Below are positions 39,289 through 50,454 of a stretch of 64,000 nt of DNA, piece after piece (position 1 is the first letter of the stretch; the number at the start of each line of letters is the position of its first letter). Both the position numbers and the translations under genes were made by a program. A model generated the notes under the pieces. It did not search any database. It saw only the letters and a program-made list of their open reading frames with translations, and was not told the origin of the DNA. Source of the stretch: an uncultured Desulfosarcina sp. (GTDB lineage: Bacteria > Desulfobacterota > Desulfobacteria > Desulfobacterales > Desulfosarcinaceae); NCBI GenBank assembly GCA_963674945.2, contig CAXXWQ010000003.1, forward strand, positions 32,001 to 96,000, written 5' to 3'.

Positions 39289-40413
39289 TTAATTGTTTTG
39301 CGACAAACCCAGTTCTCTGAGCATGATATCGTTTATTGTATTCACATCAAATAATTCTTGAGCCATCAAACGACTCTCCTGGCCCATGGCCATGACCATT
39401 TGTGGATGCGTTATTAAATATTGCATCGCCTCTGCAAGGGCGTTTACATTTTTTAACGGAACCAGTAACCCATTGCGACCATGTGTAACTGTTTGACGGC
39501 AGCCGGGCGTATCCGTTGTTATGATAGCGCGCCCCATAGCCATGGCCTCAAGCACTGTCCGGGGCGTGCCCTCTCGATAAGAGGGCAGTGCATAAACGCT
39601 ACAAGCCTTTATGGCAGGACGGACATCATCCAGTTTGCCGAGATACTCAATGACACCCTCATTCCTCCATGTATCCAATTCACAATTCGATATAGCACCA
39701 GGTACAACATCTATCCATCCGGCTAAATAAAAAAGGGTATCGGGGTACTGCTTCTTAACTATCCTGGCAGCCTGGACATACTCATGAATCCCCTTTTCTT
39801 TTATCAGCCGTGCAATTAGCAAAAACGCGGGTCGCGCTGGATGGGGCGCCGCTTGAAAATGAGATAGATCGACTCCGGAACCGTTTATTAAGATAGGCTT
39901 GCTGAAATCGCCTATTAGAGATAATTTCTTAAAGAGCCTCAGGTCATCCAGGTTCTGAAAAAAAACTATACGTGCATGACGCAATGCAACCCGGTATAAT
40001 CCTTTGGCGAATACATTCAGCAGCTTCTGCTTGAACGATTCGCTCATGAAGGTATAGCCAAGGCCCGTAATCATGGCATTACGTGAAGGGACTTCAGCTA
40101 TCCAGGCGGCAATAGATCCGTAAACGACTGGTTTGATGGTGTACGTGAGGATGATGTCCGGCCGTATCTGACGTAACAGCATAACCAACCCGAACATGCA
40201 AAGCAAATCCCTAATCGGATTCAATCCGGTACGATGCAAATCAACGCGTCGGAAGTGTACCCCCCATAAGGCCAGTTGCTGCTTGACATCGTCATCCGAC
40301 TCTGGCGCGCAGGCAAAAACTTCGTGGCCATGATGACGCATGGCGCGAAGCAGTGGCCCCCTAAAATTGATCAGGCTCTGTGCATAACTCCCAATTATCA
40401 AAATGCGTGACAT
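39289..40413 (-). CDS. GT4 glycosyltransferase (PglA/CapM-like)
   Basis: NFRGPL, YTIKP, FQN.DD, GSGVD and PSYREGTPR..LEA motifs. Confidence 0.92.
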   Translation of the reverse strand: MSRILIIGSYAQSLINFRGPLLRAMRHHGHEVFACAPESDDDVKQQLALWGVHFRRVDLHRTGLNPIRDLLCMFGLVMLLRQIRPDIILTYTIKPVVYGSIAAWIAEVPSRNAMITGLGYTFMSESFKQKLLNVFAKGLYRVALRHARIVFFQNLDDLRLFKKLSLIGDFSKPILINGSGVDLSHFQAAPHPARPAFLLIARLIKEKGIHEYVQAARIVKKQYPDTLFYLAGWIDVVPGAISNCELDTWRNEGVIEYLGKLDDVRPAIKACSVYALPSYREGTPRTVLEAMAMGRAIITTDTPGCRQTVTHGRNGLLVPLKNVNALAEAMQYLITHPQMVMAMGQESRLMAQELFDVNTINDIMLRELGLSQNN

Positions 40414-40650
40414 TATCGATTTATTCGTTAGAAAGGAGTGAAGATAAACGATGGTTTATAATTCTCTGAAGTGGAATCTTCTTTGAAGAGGACAATATTT
40501 ATTGCGCAAAAACAAAGCAATTTCAATCAAACGCTACTCTTCTATAATCATTCATATCAGCACTGCCACCAAAATAGTTGAGGTCATTTCATTAATGCAA
40601 CTCCTATATTTCAGGATCTGAATTCATAAAAAAACCCATTACATAACGCT

Positions 40651-41856
40651 TTAAAAAGTAACACCATAATCCTTCCTCGCTCTTTGCCATTTTTTGGTTT
40701 CTTCCATCGCATGGGTGTAAAATGCCCCCCGACGTTTGGCGAGCACATTGCCTGTATACTCAGCGGCTTTCTTGAGATTACGACCAGACATATTTTGCAT
40801 CCGGACTGGATTTTTCAAGACCTCAAGGATCCTATCCGCCAAGGTGGTGGCGTCCTCCGGTGGTACCATATCTTCAGCTGGTAACAATTCAGGAATGCCA
40901 CCAATAGTAGACCCGATGCAAGGCAGAGCGCGGGCCATTGCCTCAATCATAGCCCTTGGTACTCCCTCTTGCCGTGATGGCAGCACAAACAGGTCAGCGC
41001 TATCGAGGATTTCCCGAAGATCGTTTTTGTTGTGAACATGGCCAGTGAAGCGGACCTTCCCTGCGACTCCCAATTTTCGCGCCAGAGAGCGCATGGCTTT
41101 TTCGTGTCTCCCTCCGCCGACCACAGTTAGAGACACGCCATTGCTCAGTCTCTCCGTGAACTTAGCAAAAGCTTGGAGCAGTATGTCTACTGCCTTGTAC
41201 ATGTGCTCGAGACTTCCCACAGTTACAAGGTTCTTTCTTAAAGATGACCGAGGCGTCGCAGCGAGCCACTCATCGTCAAGTGCGATGCTCGAATAATGTA
41301 CGGACAACGCTCCAGATCGTGTGGGATAGCGGATTTGCAGAGCCTCTTGCGTTACATAGGCCACGCCATCGACGTCACGGCATTGTAATTGAGTAAGCCA
41401 TTTATAAAGATTGCGTACGATCAAGCCCCCTGCGATGGGTTGGCTTTTCCTGCTCAAACCGTCATAGGGATCGCCCACCAGTTCCACGAAAACCGGCCGT
41501 CGGTTCCGGCACCGTAGCCAGGCATGATTTGACACTAAATCCGGCAATCGAAGTAACACCACGTCATTGGAGTTTATAATTCTCCCCATTCGCCTGTTTA
41601 TTTTACCGGCAACCTTCATGTAATCAACAGCACCCTCGTAATATGGCAAAGGCTCCGGCACTACCCCCGGTCCGTCCATCCGGACCATGTTCTCCGGGTA
41701 CCGTTTAACGTCCTTTATCCTGGACACCAAACGGACCTCTTCGAACACGTCCAAATACCTTGTCCAGAAATTATACCCGAACGTGTGTGACGGACTCCAG
41801 AACGTTCCGTCCGCCGCCCGAACGAATCTTGTGCTGCAAGTTACAATAATCTTCAT
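40651..41856 (-). CDS. GT4 glycosyltransferase
   Basis: FVLPSRQEGVPRAMIEAMA motif. Confidence 0.9.
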   Translation of the reverse strand: MKIIVTCSTRFVRAADGTFWSPSHTFGYNFWTRYLDVFEEVRLVSRIKDVKRYPENMVRMDGPGVVPEPLPYYEGAVDYMKVAGKINRRMGRIINSNDVVLLRLPDLVSNHAWLRCRNRRPVFVELVGDPYDGLSRKSQPIAGGLIVRNLYKWLTQLQCRDVDGVAYVTQEALQIRYPTRSGALSVHYSSIALDDEWLAATPRSSLRKNLVTVGSLEHMYKAVDILLQAFAKFTERLSNGVSLTVVGGGRHEKAMRSLARKLGVAGKVRFTGHVHNKNDLREILDSADLFVLPSRQEGVPRAMIEAMARALPCIGSTIGGIPELLPAEDMVPPEDATTLADRILEVLKNPVRMQNMSGRNLKKAAEYTGNVLAKRRGAFYTHAMEETKKWQRARKDYGVTF

Positions 41857-43142
41857 AAGCCTCTTCTATATGAATGGGTCTGCGAACCGAATTGCCTCAG
41901 ACGGTCGGTACCTTCGACCGTAGCATTGAAGGCATCTAAAAGTTCTGTCATGACCTCTTTTTGAGAAAAACGCGAACGTGCTGCCTCTCGGCCAGCACGG
42001 GCAACTGCTGCAGCGCACTTAGGGTTTTTGAGAATCCACGCCAATCGTTTTGCCAAGGCCTCGGCATCGTCAGGTGGTACGAGCCATCCAGTTCGCCCGT
42101 GCGCAATAATCTCTACTATGCCGCCTACCGAAGAGCCCGTTACAGGAACCCCGGCTGCCATGGCCTCAATGAAAACACGACCTAAAGGCTCGAATGTTGG
42201 AACGGAAACAAATATGTCCAAAGAGCGGTAAAAGGAGGGCATATCCTCCAGATATCCCAGGAAACGCATTTCGTTATCCACGCCGAGAGCAGTGGAAATT
42301 GCATCATACTTCGCTACCAGACGTCCCTTTGTGTACTCATCCTCTCTTCCCGCCACAAGCCAAATAAAAGGTTTCCCTAACCTTTGCTTCAGCAATCCAG
42401 CCGCCCGGATAGCCGTGTCGATCCCCTTTACAGCCGAGATCCGCGATGCAGTACCCACAACAATAGCACCGGAAGGTAGTCCCAAAGAGGCCCGCGCATC
42501 CTTTCTGTCCCTGTCCCACGTCCTGTCGAAATCAAATCCATTATAAACGATCCTCGCTCCGCGTTTCCATCCAGACCGTGACATGCAGTCAATTGAGTAC
42601 TGGCTGTTAGCCACCATCAGGGCACTGCAACACCTTGCGGCCACCAGAGCCATCTTTTCTCTTGCTCCTCCAGGTTCCCTCCATGCGTGGATATGACACA
42701 GAACTGGCAAGCCCAAGAGTCGCGCTACCGGGGCGACAAGAGGAATATCTCTTCTTCCATACACATACAGTAGGTCAGGCTTTAGTACGGTCATTCGAAC
42801 CGCAAACTGGAGAGCAAGAAATACTGAAACTACTGCGAATCCAATGGCCTTCATCATCCGCATCCGCTTAAGGGGACCCATGTACCTGTACCAACCCGGT
42901 GTGCGCAATATGCCGCATGGATGCCCCCGCTTTCGGCATTCCTCGACAAAAGGGCCAGGAAAACATGAAATAAATGACAAGTTCCAGCCATATGCACCCA
43001 GAGCGTCCGCTATGTCCAGGGTAGCCAGTTGGGCTCCACCAAGGTTTGGCATGGATAATAACATGAGCGCTCGCCTGCGTTTGCTAGGAATCTTGCCCTG
43101 TCTAATTCTCATAGCATCGTCCGAATTTGAAATTGGGTTCAT
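41853..43142 (-). CDS. GT4 glycosyltransferase
   Basis: GGAQ, RIS..KG and EPLGRVFIEAMA motifs. Confidence 0.9.
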   Translation of the reverse strand: MNPISNSDDAMRIRQGKIPSKRRRALMLLSMPNLGGAQLATLDIADALGAYGWNLSFISCFPGPFVEECRKRGHPCGILRTPGWYRYMGPLKRMRMMKAIGFAVVSVFLALQFAVRMTVLKPDLLYVYGRRDIPLVAPVARLLGLPVLCHIHAWREPGGAREKMALVAARCCSALMVANSQYSIDCMSRSGWKRGARIVYNGFDFDRTWDRDRKDARASLGLPSGAIVVGTASRISAVKGIDTAIRAAGLLKQRLGKPFIWLVAGREDEYTKGRLVAKYDAISTALGVDNEMRFLGYLEDMPSFYRSLDIFVSVPTFEPLGRVFIEAMAAGVPVTGSSVGGIVEIIAHGRTGWLVPPDDAEALAKRLAWILKNPKCAAAVARAGREAARSRFSQKEVMTELLDAFNATVEGTDRLRQFGSQTHSYRRGL

Positions 43143-43218
43143 GCCGTGTGGCTTTATAGATAAGCAGGACGAATCCCTATCTGGATTACGAAGTGTATTT
43201 TTGATGTCAAAAAAATGT

Positions 43219-44562
43219 CTAAACTAAACTTTTGCGACATTTCAAATTGGCGAAAGGGTGACAAGGCAATTTTACACCCTTCCAGTAGCAATCCAATTTT
43301 TGGCTCTTTGGATCAAAATTCTTAATACCTGAAGTCAGATGGCTGTGTCTCAAGTGAACAATTGTCATTAAGAAAAAATCTATGTATCGCACGGGAGACC
43401 ACATTACAGGGGTACTTGTAATAAAGAAAAAAAAGTAACCTAAATAGGCCCAGAAAATACCTGTAAAAAGTCCAGCCATAATTACGTTCGAGTCGTACTT
43501 TTTGATATAGGATACTCTTGAAATCGTTCTATAATAATACACAGTCCAAAAAATGACACCAGCAAGGCCCATGTTTTTTAAAATAGCGATATAATTGTTG
43601 TGAGGATGCGTCTCTTCAATGGAAAAGCCGTCACCAAACACCAGCCACCTGACATTAACTTTCGAAAGGGAGTCCATCCATACGTGTAATCGTCCAGCCG
43701 TTCTACCTTCCAAATCGTTTGTTTCCCATTGTTTTTTTGTTACCATCAAACGCTCACCTAAATAATCGAACTGATGAATGGCAAACAATCCCGTAATGAA
43801 CAAAAAAGCAGCTATCAAGATCCCAGCAATTCGTTTTTTTGAAAAAAATATGCTCATAAACAACGGAAAAAATATAAAAACATATCCAGATCTTGACCCA
43901 GAGACCAATATGCTAATAAAGAAAAAACAAGACAAAAGCATGTAAATAAGCTTTTTAAATTTGTCTGTAATAATTCTCGAAACAAAATATACTAACACCC
44001 CTGCGAATCCCAAAACGCCTCCAGCACGATCATGTGTTAAAAATGGACCTATAATTTGATATTCACTCATCCCTTTATCTGTAAACAGCCATGCCGGTAC
44101 TTGAAACGGATTATAAATGTTGGGATATATGGAATAGATAAGTACAAATAATGCACCGATTGTACATCCAAAAATAAGTGATCCAAAAAGATGTTCAATT
44201 GTTTTAACTCTATTTTTTGTTGAACATAAAGAGAAAGTCAGACATACAATTCCAATTGATTTTAAAAAACGTTTTGCGACTTCTGAAATGGATAGTTCGA
44301 CCCCCATTAGCAAGCTGCTTAAATCACCTAACAACGCAATAGAGCAAAAAACACTAGCGGCTACAAAGGGCCATTTCACATTAATATTATGGTGATTCCA
44401 AATAATACTGCCGATAAAAAGGCAGACAATGAAAAGGTCATCAAATCCTGCATTCAATGGTAATTTTTGCCACAACAGCCAACTGGGGTAGCAAAGTATT
44501 ATAGAAAAAAAAAGTAAAATCCCAACACTTGGTTTAAACAGGGCAATCAAGCAGAAAACCAA
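43219..44562 (-). CDS. O-antigen ligase/polymerase-family membrane protein (probable Wzy)
   Basis: Many TM helices. SGSRSG, GR...W and HPHNNY motifs. Confidence 0.8.
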   Translation of the reverse strand: MVFCLIALFKPSVGILLFFSIILCYPSWLLWQKLPLNAGFDDLFIVCLFIGSIIWNHHNINVKWPFVAASVFCSIALLGDLSSLLMGVELSISEVAKRFLKSIGIVCLTFSLCSTKNRVKTIEHLFGSLIFGCTIGALFVLIYSIYPNIYNPFQVPAWLFTDKGMSEYQIIGPFLTHDRAGGVLGFAGVLVYFVSRIITDKFKKLIYMLLSCFFFISILVSGSRSGYVFIFFPLFMSIFFSKKRIAGILIAAFLFITGLFAIHQFDYLGERLMVTKKQWETNDLEGRTAGRLHVWMDSLSKVNVRWLVFGDGFSIEETHPHNNYIAILKNMGLAGVIFWTVYYYRTISRVSYIKKYDSNVIMAGLFTGIFWAYLGYFFFFITSTPVMWSPVRYIDFFLMTIVHLRHSHLTSGIKNFDPKSQKLDCYWKGVKLPCHPFANLKCRKSLV

Positions 44563-44604
44563 ATATAAGCAAATAACAATATAGAGTAGAATTGGATTAT
44601 CCTT

Positions 44605-45480
44605 TCATCGAAGAATCCATTTTCTTAGTGGGAACCTGATAATGCGTGCCGTTATACCGAGAATCCAATATCTCAACAAATATCTTTTAGGGCAGTGTCT
44701 CAAAGCGATAATGGTGAAGTTTTTTAAATTCCCAAAGCTTTTAACACCAAATAGATGCTGAAAATAGCCTTTAAAAGATGCGTCTTTTTTGTTTTTTTCT
44801 GCACCGGATTCATCAACGTGACTATACAACTTTGCATCTAAGTTGCCGTACAGGTCGAAACCATTTTTTACCGCTCGAAAAGTAAAATCGTCATCGGCGC
44901 AGTATTGAGGCAGATGTTTCTCGTCGAAATATCCGATTTTCTGAAAAACAGATGCGGGGACCCATAATCCTCTGCCGCAAAAATGTGAAATTGGGATAAT
45001 CCCTTTTCTATCTTTTTCATTGTATTCGTCCAAGACATTTATCGAGCTACATTTCTTCCAATTCTTAGTGCTGCCAGCCCAGTTGGATTTAAAATTCGAT
45101 ATGTCGAAAATATGGGACCCAAACAGAGCATCCGGTTTTGCTTTGGCCCAGATGATCATCTTCTCCATATAATCATCAGACACTTCGAGGTCATTGTTTA
45201 ATGACAATACATAATCGGCCCCCTGGCTAATTGCGTATTTTACACCAATGTTCATAGAGGCCGACCACCATAAATCACCGGCCTTTCGAATAACGATTAC
45301 CTGCGGATATAGCGTATTGATCGCCTCCGTCGATCCATCCGTCGACCCGTCGTCCACAACGACAACGTTAAATCCAGTGATCGTCTGTTCGTAAAGAGAC
45401 TGCAAACAACTTAACGTCAACTCTTTTCGATTAAAAATGCATATGACGACCCAAATCTTTGAAACATCGATTGTGATCAT
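44605..45480 (-). CDS. GT2 glycosyltransferase
   Basis: FNRKE.T..CL, VDDGSTDG and LNND motifs. Confidence 0.92.
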   Translation of the reverse strand: MITIDVSKIWVVICIFNRKELTLSCLQSLYEQTITGFNVVVVDDGSTDGSTEAINTLYPQVIVIRKAGDLWWSASMNIGVKYAISQGADYVLSLNNDLEVSDDYMEKMIIWAKAKPDALFGSHIFDISNFKSNWAGSTKNWKKCSSINVLDEYNEKDRKGIIPISHFCGRGLWVPASVFQKIGYFDEKHLPQYCADDDFTFRAVKNGFDLYGNLDAKLYSHVDESGAEKNKKDASFKGYFQHLFGVKSFGNLKNFTIIALRHCPKRYLLRYWILGITARIIRFPLRKWILR

Positions 45481-45481
45481 T

Positions 45482-46354
45482 TTATAAACTTCTAAAATGG
45501 TTTAAAAATCTTCCAATCGGACTGCGTTCTTCCACACCTCGCAAACCGAATCTTACCGAAGTATACCTCAGCCACAAAATCAAGAGGGATTTTGATCGAA
45601 TGAATAGCAGACTTGGTTTTCTAATATAATGTCGAAAATATTTCCTTAAAAAATAGTATTCAGCAGTCATGGATCTATAAATACCACCCAGGGAATTGCT
45701 CAGAGTCAAACGGTCCGTTCGGTTTTCATAATATTTCGTAGTGATCTCCTTTGAGAAATAAACGTCACAAATATTATTGACGATGCAGTTCGTAAAAAAT
45801 TCCCAGTCAACCCTTTTTAAAAATCGCTCGTCAAATCCATTTGTTTTTTCAAAAACCTCTCGTCTACACATTACAGTCGAGTTGTATATGATTCCGTTTG
45901 AAATTAATAAGTGTGCTTTCAGATCTTTGGGTGGCAAAATGATTTTTTTTGATATGTTCCCTTCTTTATCTACCAATTCTATATTGCTGCAAATTAATCC
46001 ATATTTACTCCAGTTTTTATTTTTTAGAAAATGAACCTGCTTTTCCAATTTATAATTATCGATCCACTCATCATCATCATCCATGAAGGCGATATATTTG
46101 CCACGACTATGAAGAAAGGCGATATTTCGTGTGTAGGCATTTCCACGGTTTTTATTGTTCTTATAGTATTTTATGCGTGGATCCAGGCCCGCAAACCCAA
46201 GAACCACATTTTCCGTATCATCAGTAGATCCGTCGTTAACAACGACGACCTCAATATGTCGATAACTTTGACTCAGGACACTTTTGATACATCTGCCCAA
46301 AATAGAAGCACGATTGTATGTTGTAATATTTACACTTACCAAACATTCACTCAT
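45482..46354 (-). CDS. GT2 glycosyltransferase
   Basis: VSV.ITTYNR, VNDGSTD and FMDDDD motifs. Confidence 0.92.
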   Translation of the reverse strand: MSECLVSVNITTYNRASILGRCIKSVLSQSYRHIEVVVVNDGSTDDTENVVLGFAGLDPRIKYYKNNKNRGNAYTRNIAFLHSRGKYIAFMDDDDEWIDNYKLEKQVHFLKNKNWSKYGLICSNIELVDKEGNISKKIILPPKDLKAHLLISNGIIYNSTVMCRREVFEKTNGFDERFLKRVDWEFFTNCIVNNICDVYFSKEITTKYYENRTDRLTLSNSLGGIYRSMTAEYYFLRKYFRHYIRKPSLLFIRSKSLLILWLRYTSVRFGLRGVEERSPIGRFLNHFRSL

Positions 46355-46445
46355 AACAACTAATTTTTCTTCCGGCCAGGATAATGTTTAACATTTCATT
46401 TGCCCAGTGTTTCTCAAATACTTCTTTCATCACCTTGCCCCCAAT

Positions 46446-47975
46446 TTAATATTTTTTTTGCACAACTAACTTTGCCACATGCCAATATTTTTTGGCCGTT
46501 TCATACCCTTCCGGCAATAGAATCCAGACGATACAAAATACTGCTAATCCAAGAAACAACATAAGCGGCAATGATTGGTAATATATTAAATTAATTTCTT
46601 CTTTGATCCAAAGGACAATTACTGCCATAGCCATACTGGACAAAAACGGTCTCCAAATCGCTACAAAAAAATCAATACATTTAATTGAGGTAGCACGATA
46701 AGCATAAATCAAAGACGGAAGTAAAACTAAGTAATTAATAATAGCATATGCAGTGGCTATACCTAACGCCCCCCATGGCAATCCTGCAAAGAATGAGATT
46801 ACAACCAAAACAGAATTGATCAAACCCCATTTGAAGTATCTATTCCCTTGTCCCAATGAAAGCATGACAAGGCCTGTTGATGTAGCAACTGGTTGGATAA
46901 AACCTGCAAAGGAAAGTGCTTTAAAAATACCATCCATTTCAAGCCAGTTTTGCCCAAAAACGAAGAGAATAACTTCTTTTGAGCAAACAAACAGAAAAGC
47001 AACCAAAGGCATACTAACCAATGAAAGTAAATTAAGATAGTTTATATAATAATTTTTAAACGCAGTTGGTTCATCTTGCAGCTTGCTCAACGCTGGGGTA
47101 GAAACTTGCAACAGCGGCTGCCTCAAATTTTTTATTGGCAACATCATGATTTGATATGCCTTTGCGTATAATCCCAATGGAACTGAGCCATGAAAACGTC
47201 CGATCAGAATGTTGTCCATATTTCTAGCAAAATAATTCACCAGGTCAAAACCAGTTACATTCAATCCGAACTTCAACATTTTTCTAACGCCTGACCCGCG
47301 CCTTGGTAACCCGGGCAACCAAGCGCAACCAATCCATATTCCAATGGAGCGGATACCCGAGGTGGTCAATTGCATGATAACCAACGCCCAGTATCCGAAA
47401 CCGGATAGCGCAGATAGAACGGCACTCAACAACCCTATAACCAGAGATACGATTTCAATGGTCTCGAGTACACCAAATTTCATTTGCCGCTTCATCAACG
47501 CAGAATGCTGAATTGAAAGCCCGCCCAAAATGAATGACAGGCTCATAAACAATGTAATTTTCGTGAGGCGTGGATCCTTATAAAACCAGGCAATTGCCGG
47601 TGCGGCCAACGCAACCAGGCATGCCATCAGCGAACTGACGGCAAGATTAATCCAAAAAAGCGTGCTGACTTGCTGATGATTGATCTCCGATTGCTGAATT
47701 GTTGCAATTGACAGGCCCAAGTCCTTGAACATTACCACCATTCCCGTAACAGCGGTAACCATGGCCAGCAGGCCGAAATCCGCCGGCGAAAGCAGGCGTG
47801 CCAGAATCATCGTCGAGCCTATCTGCATAGCAAACTTTGCCGCTTGGGAGCCCATGGTTATGGCGCCGCTCCGGATGGATTTCCGTGTCAGACTTTGTTC
47901 TGAATACCTGTTCTGGAATAGGTCATAATACCGGTTGTTTTTCCCGGACTTGGATCTTTTACTTATACTGGTCAT
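46446..47975 (-). CDS. wzx: Polysaccharide flippase (WzxC-like)
   Basis: LARLLSPADFGL, DLGL..A.IQ and LGLYAKAY motifs. Multi-TM protein. Confidence 0.92.
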   Translation of the reverse strand: MTSISKRSKSGKNNRYYDLFQNRYSEQSLTRKSIRSGAITMGSQAAKFAMQIGSTMILARLLSPADFGLLAMVTAVTGMVVMFKDLGLSIATIQQSEINHQQVSTLFWINLAVSSLMACLVALAAPAIAWFYKDPRLTKITLFMSLSFILGGLSIQHSALMKRQMKFGVLETIEIVSLVIGLLSAVLSALSGFGYWALVIMQLTTSGIRSIGIWIGCAWLPGLPRRGSGVRKMLKFGLNVTGFDLVNYFARNMDNILIGRFHGSVPLGLYAKAYQIMMLPIKNLRQPLLQVSTPALSKLQDEPTAFKNYYINYLNLLSLVSMPLVAFLFVCSKEVILFVFGQNWLEMDGIFKALSFAGFIQPVATSTGLVMLSLGQGNRYFKWGLINSVLVVISFFAGLPWGALGIATAYAIINYLVLLPSLIYAYRATSIKCIDFFVAIWRPFLSSMAMAVIVLWIKEEINLIYYQSLPLMLFLGLAVFCIVWILLPEGYETAKKYWHVAKLVVQKKY

Positions 47976-47999
47976 TAAACAGAATAGACAATACAGCCC

Positions 48000-49322
48000 T
48001 TATGGATCAATTCGTGAAAGGGTCAGGTGAGAAAGTGGAAATGCTTTATCCATTTTAATTGATTTGGAACCAACATGGCTGCTGTGTATAGTTATCGTTC
48101 CCTTAATCTCGCTGGGAAATTTGTCGCCATTGTCAATGACCATGAAAGGCCTGCTTTTATCCTCAAACAAATGGCATTTAATAAATTCAACGTTTCCTGT
48201 ACTCTGAATATGGCTCTCTTCTATTCGGATATAAAAAGGGCTCAGCCAGGATTTATGCGCAAATTTTTTGCTTGTGGCCACATTTTTCCACGCACAGCTT
48301 TCCATAGTCAGTTTTGCGCTGTCGATAGGTTTGTCCACTATATACAAGCCGGTAAGGGAGACATTAGTAAATGTACAATTCTTAAACTTGATTTCACCTT
48401 CTGAACCACTACTGGGTAACTTGCCTATAGTCACTGCATGTTGAAAACAATTGTTAAAATTTCCATCTTCACATAGAATACTTACCGGTTTTGATTGACT
48501 GTTTAACTTGTTCAGCCAGATCAGCAGTCCGGCACCCTGATTTTTCTGAAAGCTGCATTTCTTAATACTTATATTGCTAAGCCGGTCTGAGGAATAGTTT
48601 GGCTCCAAATCAATGCCTGCGGCGGGTTTGGTGCCAATAGTATTTTCGAAGGTGGAATTAAGGATGGAAAGATTAACAGCTGAAGTTATACTCATTCCCT
48701 GGCGGTAATTGTCGCTAAAGCAGCAATTTTCGACAACAATATTTTTACACGGCTTTGATTTCCAACTTCCGATATATATTCCGTCGCCTCCGCTGCTGCT
48801 AACTTCCAAACCGGACACCTGAATATCTGAGCATCCCCTCAAGGAAATAATGTGCCGCCATTCCGACTCTGCGTAATCGCCACCGGTGTAATCCTCTTTC
48901 CACATACCGATTTTATTATTGGTGCCTTTTATCGAAGCATTCTTAATCCCATTTCCTGAAAACAGACAATCCTTTTTGCCCTTGAATGCACCTCTTTTTG
49001 CCATCAACGTGACACCGGGTTCAATAATTATTTCCTGATTGCTTGCAAGCCTGATCGGCCTCAGATTCCAGATTGCACCCATATTGGGAATAATGACGGT
49101 TTTCGCACCGCTATCTATAGCAGCCTGAAGTGAATTTGTACCATCATCTTTGTCAAATCCCCATTCTATAACACTTACAACATTCGCAGTATCCGCCTTT
49201 GCGGAAATGTTTTTAGGGTAGGCCAATTGATTATCAACAGCATACGAAACCGAGCATGAAGCATATATCGCGATTACAGCAAACGCTATAACAAATATAT
49301 ATTTCTTGAATAATCTTTTCAT
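48000..49322 (-). CDS. Secreted right-handed parallel beta-helix protein (pectin-lyase-like; possible polysaccharide-modifying enzyme)
   Basis: Signal peptide. D.T..LQAAIDS, SGGDGIYI, NYRQGMSI and GIDLEPN motifs. Confidence 0.8.
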   Translation of the reverse strand: MKRLFKKYIFVIAFAVIAIYASCSVSYAVDNQLAYPKNISAKADTANVVSVIEWGFDKDDGTNSLQAAIDSGAKTVIIPNMGAIWNLRPIRLASNQEIIIEPGVTLMAKRGAFKGKKDCLFSGNGIKNASIKGTNNKIGMWKEDYTGGDYAESEWRHIISLRGCSDIQVSGLEVSSSGGDGIYIGSWKSKPCKNIVVENCCFSDNYRQGMSITSAVNLSILNSTFENTIGTKPAAGIDLEPNYSSDRLSNISIKKCSFQKNQGAGLLIWLNKLNSQSKPVSILCEDGNFNNCFQHAVTIGKLPSSGSEGEIKFKNCTFTNVSLTGLYIVDKPIDSAKLTMESCAWKNVATSKKFAHKSWLSPFYIRIEESHIQSTGNVEFIKCHLFEDKSRPFMVIDNGDKFPSEIKGTITIHSSHVGSKSIKMDKAFPLSHLTLSRIDP

Positions 49323-49362
49323 CGGAACTGTCCCAACTTCATTGACAGACAGCGGTAGGCCA

Positions 49363-50427
49363 TCATCGGCAATATTGGCCATTAAATGACACATTATTTT
49401 TATTGGCTTTTTTCAAATACCAACTCACTGTCTGACGTAATCCCTTTTTAATGTCATAAACCGCTTCATATCCAAGCAGTTCTCTGGCCTTACGTATTTC
49501 GGCCAAGGAATGCCGTACGTCTCCAGGCCGAAAATCCAGATAGATCGGTTCGGCCCGTTCGGCAGTAGTAAAATGTGTAGAAACGTTTTCCTGAATCAAA
49601 GAAAACAATTTATTTAGTGTCGTCTGCTCACCTACAGCAACGTTGTATACCTGGTTAACGGCGTCATTATTCCTGGTGGTTGCGGCAAGCAGGTTGGCTT
49701 GAATGCAATTCTCGATATAACAGAAGTCCCGACTGGTTTCTCCGTCACCGTTGATGTATACCGGTTCACCATTGATCAGGGCATGGTACCATTTGGGTAT
49801 TACTGCGGCATAGGCACCATGTGGATCTTGTCGTCGTCCGAATATATTGAAATAACGCAGACCGATTGTTTGCATGCCATAGATACGGGCAAACACGTCC
49901 GCATAAAGTTCATTGACATACTTGGACACAGCGTAAGGAGAGAGCGGCTTGCCGATGGTGTGCTCTACTTTTGGCAGGTCCGGATGATCGCCATAGGTTG
50001 AGCTGGAAGCAGCGTAGACAAATCGGTCCACACCGGAATCCCGAGCGGTGACCAGCATGTTTAGAAAACCATCGATATTATTGGCATTGGTGTTGATTGG
50101 ATCTTCAATGGAGCGTGGCACGGATCCAAGCGCGGCCTGGTGCAGGACGATCTGCACCCCCTTGCAGGCCTTACGGCAATCTTCTAAATTTCGGATATCT
50201 CCTCTTATAAAATTAAAGTTATTCCATTGCTCTTCAGTAATGTTTTTTCTCACTTCATCAAGGTTGTGCTGATATCCTGTTGAAAAATTATCCAGTCCAA
50301 CCACTCGCTGGTTTAGTATCAGTAACACTTCCAGCAGGTTTGATCCGATAAAGCCTGCACAGCCTGTAACCAACCAGTTCCTTGGATTGGATAGAAGCTC
50401 ATTTTTTACAGTCTCATAAAAAGTCAT
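49363..50427 (-). CDS. UDP-GlcNAc(A) C4-epimerase (WbpP/TviC-like)
   Basis: [27 protein letters not shown] and LRYFN motifs. Confidence 0.93.
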   Translation of the reverse strand: MTFYETVKNELLSNPRNWLVTGCAGFIGSNLLEVLLILNQRVVGLDNFSTGYQHNLDEVRKNITEEQWNNFNFIRGDIRNLEDCRKACKGVQIVLHQAALGSVPRSIEDPINTNANNIDGFLNMLVTARDSGVDRFVYAASSSTYGDHPDLPKVEHTIGKPLSPYAVSKYVNELYADVFARIYGMQTIGLRYFNIFGRRQDPHGAYAAVIPKWYHALINGEPVYINGDGETSRDFCYIENCIQANLLAATTRNNDAVNQVYNVAVGEQTTLNKLFSLIQENVSTHFTTAERAEPIYLDFRPGDVRHSLAEIRKARELLGYEAVYDIKKGLRQTVSWYLKKANKNNVSFNGQYCR

Positions 50428-50454
50428 TTTGGTAAAACACCTAAGAGTCGGTGC

